Assembly (NCBI GenBank): GCA_043228905.1
Contig: JBHGNT010000008.1
Coordinates: 20,212,001 to 20,276,000, forward strand
Source of the DNA: Azolla caroliniana
Taxonomy: Eukaryota; Plantae; Polypodiophyta
DNA length: 64,000 bases
Direction of reading: 5' to 3'
The number at the start of each line of letters is the position of its first letter. Position 1 is the first letter of the stretch. Positions 24,961 through 34,552 of this stretch are shown here, in pieces. The position numbers were made by a program, and so were the translations under genes. The notes beneath the pieces were generated by a model that saw nothing but the letters and a program-made list of their open reading frames with translations, did no database searches and was not told where the DNA came from.

Positions 24961-27042
24961 CTAAAAATCCTCTCGGTTCTTGCCACCGAGGGTCTCGCGG
25001 TTTCGCTCGTGGTTCGGTCGCACCGTTAGGAATTGGACCAAATGACGCCCGTCCTGACTCTTGACCCTCGCGTAAGCCGACCCGTTGTCCAGCACCTTGG
25101 TCTCCATCCGCGCTGCCGTAATGTACGGTTCTCCCAGTATGACCGGGTGTGAGGACGTCTCCTGCACAAAGAAGTGCTGATCTATCTCGACATCGCCGAT
25201 CTTGATTCGCACGTTTGGGCAGGCCCCGTGTAGTTCCTCGGTGGCGCACGTCGCCGCCCGTATCTTCCACCCGTGCTTGGTGTTGATCGGCCATTTCCCC
25301 TTCTTGTAGAAGTCCATGGACATCAGGTTTATTTCCGAACCGTGGTCCACCAGCGCCAGCACCGGTTCCTGAACATCTCCGATCTTCACCGGGGTTTCCG
25401 TGGTCGCTCGGGCCCAGTGTGGCCTCGAGTAGTGGCTCTCCTCCCACTCGTCTTCCAGCGCCATGTCCTCCATGTGCGTCGTCCGCACCTCCACCGGCCT
25501 TTCCGGTTCTGTCTCCGTCGACAACCTCTTCCTCTTCACCAAGTCTACGATGGAGTCGTGGAACTCCTTCTTGGCGATTCCGAGCACCTCCCGCAACGAC
25601 AGTTCCACCTTGCTGTCGAGGATTCGTTCTTCCAGGACCTTTCGTAGGTCCGTGATCCTTTCGATCTCCCGGGTCACTCCACCCGGTTACCTCCTGGACC
25701 CGCTTCTCCACGCGGTCCGTCTCGTCTTTCTTTAGTCGGGCACCGGCGAGGCCTTCCAGCACCGTTGGCCAGAACCCGTCTTTTCTTCGACCAGGTCACT
25801 CCACCCGGTTACCTCCTGGACCCGCTTCTCCACGTGGTCCGCCTCGTTTTTCTTTAGTCGGGCACCGGCGAGACCTTCCAGCACCGTTGGCCAGAACCCG
25901 GCTTTGCTCTCCTTCCGGGCCTCGCTGCCACCGACCCGAATACCGGCCGACGCCGAGTAGTGGACGGTCTCCGCGTGCCGGGCCGCCGCCTCTTCCATCA
26001 GCCTTTTCATTCCTCCTCGGCTGTCATTTCGGTTCAGGGCCCTCCGGGTATCGTTGGCATGCACCCGACCTTCCCACAGGTACACTACCCGACTTCTTAA
26101 AGCCTCCGCAAAGTCCCCGCAGTCTTTCCGGATGTGGCCAACCTCGTCGTACCACATGCACCTATTTCCTGCCGGAGGCCGTCAGTCACGAGCCTGTTCG
26201 CCACCTTCCCTCCGAGCCTGGGCGATCTGTAGATCCTTTACCGCCCGTGTCAACTCCTCCAAAGCTGCTCCCCCGGACGAGCCTCTGACCACGCCAGTCG
26301 AAGCCGAACCGGTTTCGAGCCACTCCCGGGTCTCTTCCCGTCGCGCCTGCGGTATCGGTTCGAGCTTCCTTGCTGCGACAGGACCCGCCTCGGTCGCCCC
26401 TGTATCATCCCACTCCCACCGTTTGTCAAAACGGCCGCAGACTCTTTTTACCGCGGCCTAGTCGGCCGTCAGCCTGTCTTCGGTTTCCAGTAAGGAGCCC
26501 ACTTGCTCCCGATCCCGTGCGTCAACCGATTTGACAAACAGTAGGACATAACTTGTGTCCAGAACGGTCCGATCGAGCGCCGAAAGGCGCGCAAAGCGAT
26601 CCTCAAACTCCCGGAGGAGTGCCGACGCATTTCTTCCTTTGCCGGGGGACTCCACCCACTCCATGAAGCCCCGCTTCGAAAGTCGAAGCGCGTCATCCAG
26701 CCCGTATTTCTCCAGGAGCCGTCCTTCGAACTCCTCCTAGGTCCAGCTCTCCGCCCGGACCTCGAGCACCTCCGCATGGATGCCGGGCATCGCCACTCAA
26801 GGGAATCCGGCAAGACGCCTCTCTTCCGGAATATCCCTCATCAACATCTCCGCCCGGTAGGACGCCAAATAACTCGTGGCATCCTTTCCACTGAACCGGC
26901 CGATCATACCGACGATCGCCTCAATAGCTTTGTCAAGGGCGCCGGTGCCCTCGCGCATGCTCACTATCCGGTCCACGGCCGAAGCCATGGCCTCTGCAAG
27001 ATCCGACCCCCTCATCTTCCGCTCCTCTGCCGCCTTGTTCAC
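24961..27042 (-). pseudogene. Element D gag and aspartic protease (broken)
   Basis: GRFSGKDATSYL, degenerate CCHC knuckle (C.WYDEVGHIRKDC), LVDHGSEINL, VILGEPY. Confidence 0.85.
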
Positions 27043-27711
27043 ATCGGGTTCACCAAATATGTCGCGTTACTACGCGCGTGCATGGAGAAACGAGGCGGGA
27101 CCACCGGGGTCTTGAATCGAAGAGCAGGTGATAGGAGGGGAAAGAGAAAGAGAGAGACGACCGGTTACATATGAGCAAAGAAACACAGGGACACGACCCG
27201 TCAACGCAGAAAACACGAATGGGCACAGAGACAGAGAGACACGAATGTTTGTATATTAACAAATGACACAAAACAACAGAGTACGCGAGCGGTTACAACC
27301 GAACAGGCCGGCGAACAGATGTCGATGCCTATTCGTCTGCGCACGAAAGGGGATAGGATGGAGGTGCTGCCAGAAGCACACGGGCATTCCTCGAAGCAGC
27401 GCGAGCCTCCCGAAATCCTGCAGAGAAGAGCGACGGAGAACGAACAGAGGAGAAGCGTTCGGTTACGGTCCGACAACAGTTCGTCCTCCTCAATGCGCGA
27501 TCCCTTCTCCCCTCGCCTCCCTCTCTTTTATAGCTCCATGAAGGGAGCCGTTTCCCTCATTAACTTCCTACCTACCGAATCTAACTACCTAGGATATACC
27601 TTTGTACCTAATCCTTTACTATATACATTAGAGGGCGCGCACGCGTGAAGAGCCGGTTCACGCGCGCTATACACCGATTGCGCTAAGGGACGGTTTTCTT
27701 CATGACACCGT

Positions 27712-30184
27712 GCCGGAATCCAACACCTTTTTCTTCCCTTTCTCTTTGCGCGTAAGCCGTCTCCTTGGCTTCCTGCGCGGGGAATGTACAGCCGAGTCTC
27801 CACTACTCGCCGGCTCTTCATGGAACTGGTCGAAACGACTCAATTGTCCATTCGGTCCAGTTAACCGAAACGAAATCGGATTCTCTTCGCGGGTCCCGAT
27901 TTCAGGCTCATTTGGAGGCATCTCAGTCTCTCTGACCTCATCGATAGAACTCGGATTGGAGGTGAGGTCTGGAGTCGGGGGCAAGTACCAGGACACAAAC
28001 TCATCAAACACAACGTCGCGGCTCACGCGCGTTTGTTTGGTACGCGGGTTATAGCACTTATAACCATTCTGCTCGCCCGAATAGCCGACCAAGATACCCT
28101 TCTCGGCTTTTGCGTCCAACTTCCTCCTTTTCTCCTTCGGCACATGCACATACGCAATGCTACTGAAAACTTGTAAGTGTCGCAAGTTTGGCTTCGTTCC
28201 GAAATATAGCTCGTGCGCCAACACTTTATCTCTAATCCGATTCTGGATGTATACCATGGTCCTTACCGCCTTGGCCCAATAGAACTTGCAAAACCTCTTC
28301 TCTTCCAGCATTGCCCGTGCCGCTTCCACAACCGATCGATTTTTCCTCTCGGCCACACCATTTTGCTCCGGCGTGTATCTGCAACTGAATTCGCGCCGAA
28401 TTCCCATCTGTGGTAGATAACCGTTGAATTGACCGGAAAAGTATTCTTTTCCGCCATCTGACCGCAAGCACTTGATCTATTATTCTGTTTCCGTTTCCAC
28501 GAACCCTTTGAGGTCCCGGAAACAGTCGAAGACTTCGCTCTTCCTCTCGATGAGGTAGATCCATGTGTGCCACATGTAGTCGTCGATGAAGGAGACGAAA
28601 TATCGGCTCCCGCCAAGACTAACGTTTTGTGCCGGCCCCCACACATCGGAGTGTATCACATCGAGCTTGTTCCGGCTCTAGTTACGCTCGTAGGGGAAGG
28701 GAAGTAGGTATTGCTTCCCAAGCTGGCAGGCTTCACAAATTTATGCCTTCTAGCCACTAAATTTGGGCAATCCGAACACTACTTGTTTCGATTGCAGGTC
28801 TTGAAGCCGCTGGTAGTTGACGTGGACTATCCGCTTGTGCCATAAGTCGATGTCCGACTTGACTTTTTGTCCCTACGCGAACATTGCGGTGCCACCGTCA
28901 GTAGAGTCGAGGATGAACATCCTCCCATCTCTGCGCCCTTGCACAATAATACGGCCTTCTTCCTTAATGAAGCACCCGAGGTGTGTAAACCGAACCTGCA
29001 TCCCCTGGTTGACGATCTGCCCGACCGACACCAGATTCTTCGTGATGGTTGGGACGTGTAACACGTTCATAAGTTTCCCTTTCTGCCCGACATGGCTCAA
29101 GGGAACTTCACCGACATTCGCGATCGGATGCGGAGTGTCATCTCTGGTTGCGACTACTCCTGATTGCATCGGTTTCTCAAGGTATGAGAACCACTCCTCG
29201 TGGTACGTCATGTGGTTTGACGAGCCGGAGTCGACGTACCACACCTCTTCTGACTTCGGGGTGATCTTCTTCATTAAGTTTGCTTCGTGTCTCGTCATGA
29301 AGACTGACCCTTTTTCGGGTTTTCCGGATCCTTCTGTGTATTGCGATCGTTGCCGGTTTCCTTTGTCGGTATGTCCGGAACTAGATCCGGACCCGGTCCT
29401 CTCCGTCTCGGCGCGCTTTTTCCAGCACTCTCTCTCCTTGTGGCCTTTCTTACCACAGTACCAACATTCCACGACGAATTTCCTTTGCCGATTCTCGTCA
29501 CCTCGACTCCCCCTATTTCCGGAGGGTCCGGAATTGCTGTCGGCATCACTTCGGTGCCTTCTTCCTTGATCCCATCCGCCGCCTCCATTGCGTACCGACT
29601 CGCCTCGTTCGCCACGACCACGGGGCCTATCTCCCTCCGTGTACAACATCTTGTTGCCAGTGTGCGTGCTTGTTGATGCACCCACGTGGTTCTCCTCTAC
29701 TAGGAGCATCGACTGCAAGTCGAAAAAGGACGGTGTATTCTCCCGGGTACACACAACAGTTCGGAACGCACCGAACTTTGACGCCAAAGCCCCGAGACAG
29801 ACCTGGACCATCTCGCTATCCTCGATGTTCACATCGATGGAAGCTAAGGAGTCGCATATGTCCTTGATCTTCAAGGTATAGTCAGCTACCGACAAATCGC
29901 GTTGTCGTAGGTTGCTCAATTCCTGTCGGCGTTTTTGCATCCCGAACGTAGTTTAATAGTTGTTCACCCACACAAGACGCGAAGCAGTACAACACTCTGC
30001 TCGCCGATTGTTCCCACACCGGGAAGTCTTTGTGTGTCGAATCGGGTGCTGTGTCATTTGCACCATCGACATAGCTCCAATAACTGTGTCCAAGCAGGTA
30101 CTGGTGCATCTTGTAAGGCCAAGACGCGTAGTTGTTTTTGTTGAGCTTCTCCGTCAGAAGCGAGCTAGCCATTCCTCTGTCCAT
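27712..30184 (-). pseudogene. Copia E gag, protease, GAG-pre-integrase and integrase (disrupted)
   Basis: KLNKNNYASW, CWYCGKKGHKEREC, WYVDSGSSNHM, RSDGGKEY..QNGVAERKNR. Confidence 0.9.
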
Positions 30185-30609
30185 CGGTTTTCTTGTTCTT
30201 CTTCATTGGTTTTTCCTTCAAGCAAATTCGGTTTCAGAGGTTCTCAACCCTCGCGCTCTGATACCATGAAAAGAATGGTGTGCGGAAGCAATATAGAAAA
30301 ACTGAACAACAGAAAACACAGGTTTAATGGAAAGCTTAGGTTTGCAAAGTACGCACAGGAGAGACAAAGAGAGAGTAAACACAAGAACTTAATTCAAAAA
30401 ATAATACTCAATCTGTACATAGGATGTGCTCAATGAGCACTTTTATACAAGCCCTAACAATCGGGCTGGCACAAGTATTGACAGTACTTGACTACTCATA
30501 AATGAGCCTTGACTCTTACTCCCAAAACTATTCCTTACGAGGAATATCTTTCTAACGGCCTTTCGGTTTACACACCGATACGGCCTTCCTACGCACCGGT
30601 CCGGCCTAA

Positions 30610-30645
30610 AACACGTTCGCGTTCACAAGTGGAAGGATCGCGCAT
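30610..30645 (+). repeat. Left terminal inverted repeat
   Basis: aacacgttcgcgttcacaagtggaaggatcgcgcat. Confidence 0.93.
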
Positions 30646-30967
30646 AAATGGAAGGAGAAGGGAAATTTTAGGGGTTTTTCAATGATTTTACAAAACACAT
30701 TGATACCAGTATCATACAAGTTCAAACATACTATGAAAAAGGTTAAAAATCCACTATTTTCGTGATTTAGAAGTAACTAAAAAAACACGAATTTCAAAAA
30801 CATACATTCTCAATTTATATCACAAACTTTACAACCAATGTTATTTTATAAGAAACGATTTTTGGGAAATCATAAGAATTCAAAACACATGATTTTATAT
30901 TACTCGATTTGTTACAAGCGGAATGTAGTTACACTTAATAGCCAAATATACATTCATGATCACTCCT

Positions 30968-33748
30968 TTACGGAGAATCACTACTATAACTAATATACAA
31001 TGACGATTCCTCCTCATCATCCTCGGATGTACCAATCAGTGCATTATCTTCGTCATAAACCAAATGGTTTGACTCTAGATTATATGTAGCAGATCTCGTT
31101 TGCCTTTGACTCGAGCCACCTTGTAGACCTGGTAATTTTTCTTTTATTATATCTATTGTTGACTTCCTTAATCGTCCGACTTTTGTAAGTGTGAAGTCGT
31201 ACACGATGATATCCACATCAGAGATATCAAGGGTCGAGGTGTTACGAATGTTTCGCTTCCTCTTCCTACCTCCCCTTCTTGTTTGGCATTCAATCATCTC
31301 CAATGTATACTTACCTGTAAAAGCATTTGCACTTCTAGTGTTGTACCAATGAACATTTATAGACTTGATCGTGTTATCTATTTCATGCATTAGCACTTCT
31401 AGAATTTTACCAACCCAAAATTGGTGGCCATGTGAGTTCTCATCAGCCGGCGTTGCAATCAACATCCCCGCGGTGAGCTCTTGCAAATTTCCTTGCCATC
31501 TAGCTTCGGCTGCTTTGGTCATCCTTGGTCCCACATAAATGTCTCTTTGTTGTGGATGGACCAAGCTGTCATTAATCGCATTTACTAGTCGCTCCGGACT
31601 TCTATTTACGCGATCATGTTGCAGCGACCATGTGAATGGCGTTTCCAAATTCCAATTATCAACAGATACACAATTGTCTATAATTTCTTTCTGATCACTA
31701 TAAAATACATCCCACCATGACGTGTCTTGTTGTGCGGCATATTTCTTGGCGGCCTCAATATGTTTTCTTTTTTCTTCTAAGGCTTGGAGCCATGACCGTT
31801 TTTGTTCTAATACCAAGTCGCTCTGCAACTGTCCTTTCTTCTCAATTGGCATTTGCTTAGCTCCATGGACAATTGTACTCGGCATACAAAGTAATAACTG
31901 GCAACCACCTTCAGGTTCCCATGTTGTAGAAGATGAATATTGTTTAGCATACAAAAGTGTAGAACCACTTATTCCATTTTTCTTTATCAAAAAAATGTGA
32001 TTGAAACTTATATTGTTTAACTGAGCAAGCACTTTAACATTCCCACCACCCCCATCTAATATATATCTCTTAAAGTCATATACCTCCTTCAAGTGTAACA
32101 CTTTTGGGCGTGGTGTATATGCATCACAAATGACATCAAATAGTTTAGGTAAAGTGAAAGCATCATGCCGAGACAACTGTCTAGAGAATGTGCTAAACAT
32201 CTGATCTATATGGTCATGTGTGTGGCCAACCAAAAGGAAATTGACTTTCACTTTCCTAAACAATTCTAGGTTGACCAACATACTTAGATAGCCAAATACA
32301 GTTGAATTTTTGTTCTCTCTAGCAGTATTGTCCAATTGAATGTATAGAACAGGGGGGAAAGGTTGTCCCCAAGACATCAAAACTCGGTGAATCACTGTAA
32401 CTGTTAGGTTAGGGTCATTGTGAACATTGGGGTAAGTAATGAAGACGTGAGGTCGAACAGACCTATTATAAGCCAAGCATCCCACCAAGTGCATTTGAAC
32501 AAGGCACTCATCATTGACATCTTTGGGGAGCCTCCGCATATGCGGCAAGCATGTCTTCTTCTGGTCCATGCCATCTATCATTAAGCACATGTATTGTTCA
32601 GGCCTCTTCAAACACTTCTCTCTATGATGCATCGCCTTCCTTCGTTCTAAGGATTGTGCCTCACGATGCTCTTGTAGTAACTTCTTACTCGTATCCTTTT
32701 CCATTGATGTCTTTGCACCTTTAGCCAAACTTTTAAGATTTGCACAAATGGAGCAATAACCTATACGTACTTTACGAGGAATAATAACATTTGAAAACCG
32801 AGCTCTCCATAATCTTGTGAATTGGCTATAGGTGATAGACTTATTACGTGAGCCCAGCATTTCAGATCGATAGACATCATAAACTTCCCGACGGGTATAA
32901 TTATCAGAAAGATGCATCCTACCTGTAGTGGGCATTACTTCACAATTTAACTGAAAGTAAGTTTTCATCCAGCCAATAGCTAGTCTTCCAATTGCACCTT
33001 TCATACTTGGAACCTCTTTACAATTGAGCATCTGATCCCCGCTAAGTAGACGTTGTTGTACTCTATGTAGCCGCATGTTACTAACACATAACACAATTTT
33101 GAATGCAACTCTACATATCTGTTGCGCATGGAAGATATAATACTCGAATGATACTTTGATCCCCGTACATTTGTCAGATACTAGTTGCATATGTGATCCG
33201 AGGTAAGTGTCTTGCTCATCACCGGTCATCGAAAAATAGTATCGCCTTAATTCTCGCAACTTTGATTTTCCAATCATAGACATACAACCACGGGCACAAC
33301 ATATTTTGTTGACATCAAATCCAATCTGTTTATCTGATGTCACCAAGCTAAATCTAGCCAGACGAATTCTTCGTGGGATTCTTCTAATATGCATAGGGCT
33401 CCCAGATTTCTCTTCCTGCATAGAGGTTGGTGTAACCTTGTTACAGTCTAATTCTCTGTTCTGACCATCGCCAATGTTATTCAATGTTTCCTGGGCACTT
33501 CCTTCATTCTCAGTATCTTTATTAATATCGTATTCTTCAATAGAGAACTCTTCACATGTGTCAATATTTACATTCCCTGTAGATGAGCTCAGACAATATT
33601 CTTCGATAGAATATGGTGAGTCGGTCGAAAGACAATATTCTTCAATCGAATATGGTGACTCTGTTGACAAACAATACTCTTCAGTAGAAAACGATGGGTC
33701 TGATGACAAACAATATTCTTCAATCGAGAATGGTGAATCTTCACTCAT
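30968..33748 (-). CDS. Sola1-like DDD transposase, 926 aa
   Basis: Uninterrupted ORF inside TIRs. CSIC...H zinc-finger-like motif, then IDGMDQ / QLDNTARENKN / FLLVGHTHDHIDQMFS, matching the Sola1-type D..DNxxxxNKN..GHTxxxxD pattern. Confidence 0.8.
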   Translation of the reverse strand: MSEDSPFSIEEYCLSSDPSFSTEEYCLSTESPYSIEEYCLSTDSPYSIEEYCLSSSTGNVNIDTCEEFSIEEYDINKDTENEGSAQETLNNIGDGQNRELDCNKVTPTSMQEEKSGSPMHIRRIPRRIRLARFSLVTSDKQIGFDVNKICCARGCMSMIGKSKLRELRRYYFSMTGDEQDTYLGSHMQLVSDKCTGIKVSFEYYIFHAQQICRVAFKIVLCVSNMRLHRVQQRLLSGDQMLNCKEVPSMKGAIGRLAIGWMKTYFQLNCEVMPTTGRMHLSDNYTRREVYDVYRSEMLGSRNKSITYSQFTRLWRARFSNVIIPRKVRIGYCSICANLKSLAKGAKTSMEKDTSKKLLQEHREAQSLERRKAMHHREKCLKRPEQYMCLMIDGMDQKKTCLPHMRRLPKDVNDECLVQMHLVGCLAYNRSVRPHVFITYPNVHNDPNLTVTVIHRVLMSWGQPFPPVLYIQLDNTARENKNSTVFGYLSMLVNLELFRKVKVNFLLVGHTHDHIDQMFSTFSRQLSRHDAFTLPKLFDVICDAYTPRPKVLHLKEVYDFKRYILDGGGGNVKVLAQLNNISFNHIFLIKKNGISGSTLLYAKQYSSSTTWEPEGGCQLLLCMPSTIVHGAKQMPIEKKGQLQSDLVLEQKRSWLQALEEKRKHIEAAKKYAAQQDTSWWDVFYSDQKEIIDNCVSVDNWNLETPFTWSLQHDRVNRSPERLVNAINDSLVHPQQRDIYVGPRMTKAAEARWQGNLQELTAGMLIATPADENSHGHQFWVGKILEVLMHEIDNTIKSINVHWYNTRSANAFTGKYTLEMIECQTRRGGRKRKRNIRNTSTLDISDVDIIVYDFTLTKVGRLRKSTIDIIKEKLPGLQGGSSQRQTRSATYNLESNHLVYDEDNALIGTSEDDEEESSLYISYSSDSP

Positions 33749-34418
33749 GGCTTAAGGTCTAGATAGGGCTCTCTAAGTTATACTCCTCTCTAACCATATA
33801 CTCCTCCCTAAACATAAACTTCTCTCTAAACAAAAGCCAAATCAATAGAATGTCTATATTATGTAATATTCTATTAATACAATACATCTAAAAATTATTT
33901 TTAATAAAGTAATTTAACTTAAATTATCAATCATTATATAAACTAGATCTAAATGATGTTATATCAAGTAAAATATAAAACTAATCATTAACAAGCCTTG
34001 AATATGTTGGATTAATGTTAAAATCATTGGCTAATTAATGACACCCATTTTGATATAGAACGTCTCACTCATTGGTTCTTTAATGCTCACCATTTTAAAT
34101 ATTAGACTTATCAATCATTGGTTAATTCATGCCCACATCTTTAATACATAACATTTGAGAGTCATAAAAATTGTTGCTTTTAGTAATCAATCATTGGTAC
34201 ATTCATGAACCTCTATCATTGTCTCCTTCATAACCTTTGAAGTGATTGTAGGTTGTTATGAGTATAAAACATTGATCAATATATTAGTTTGACTTTGTAA
34301 TCATTAATACAATCATAAGTTACTATAGTTAATGTGACTATGGTTACAAACTAACTATCCTCAAAGTTACCAACATTGGTTAAGATGACTATGGTTACTT
34401 TAACCATGGGTTCAATCC

Positions 34419-34430
34419 CTATAAATAGGA
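34419..34430 (+). promoter_or_regulatory. TATA box for the ParB-MTase gene
   Basis: ctataaatagg about 130 bp upstream of the ATG at 34553. Repeated attgg (CCAAT) motifs at 34020-34200. Confidence 0.5.
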
Positions 34431-34552
34431 AGACCTCATCATATTTCACTCACCAGAGCGTACAGAACGCAGAGAGCACACAGAGCACACAGAGCACTCA
34501 GAGCACAAAGCACGAAAGCGCGATCTCCGCCTCCACTTCAACACGATCAACC

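Larger units (their letters stand above)
20741..27707 (-). mobile_element. Near-complete Ty3/gypsy element D (non-chromovirus, Phygy-like); LTRs 20741-21389 and 27060-27707
   Basis: TSD CCGT at 20737-20740/27708-27711, tRNA-Trp PBS (ttcacatcgggttcacca) at 27038-27055, PPT at 21390-21401. Confidence 0.93.
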
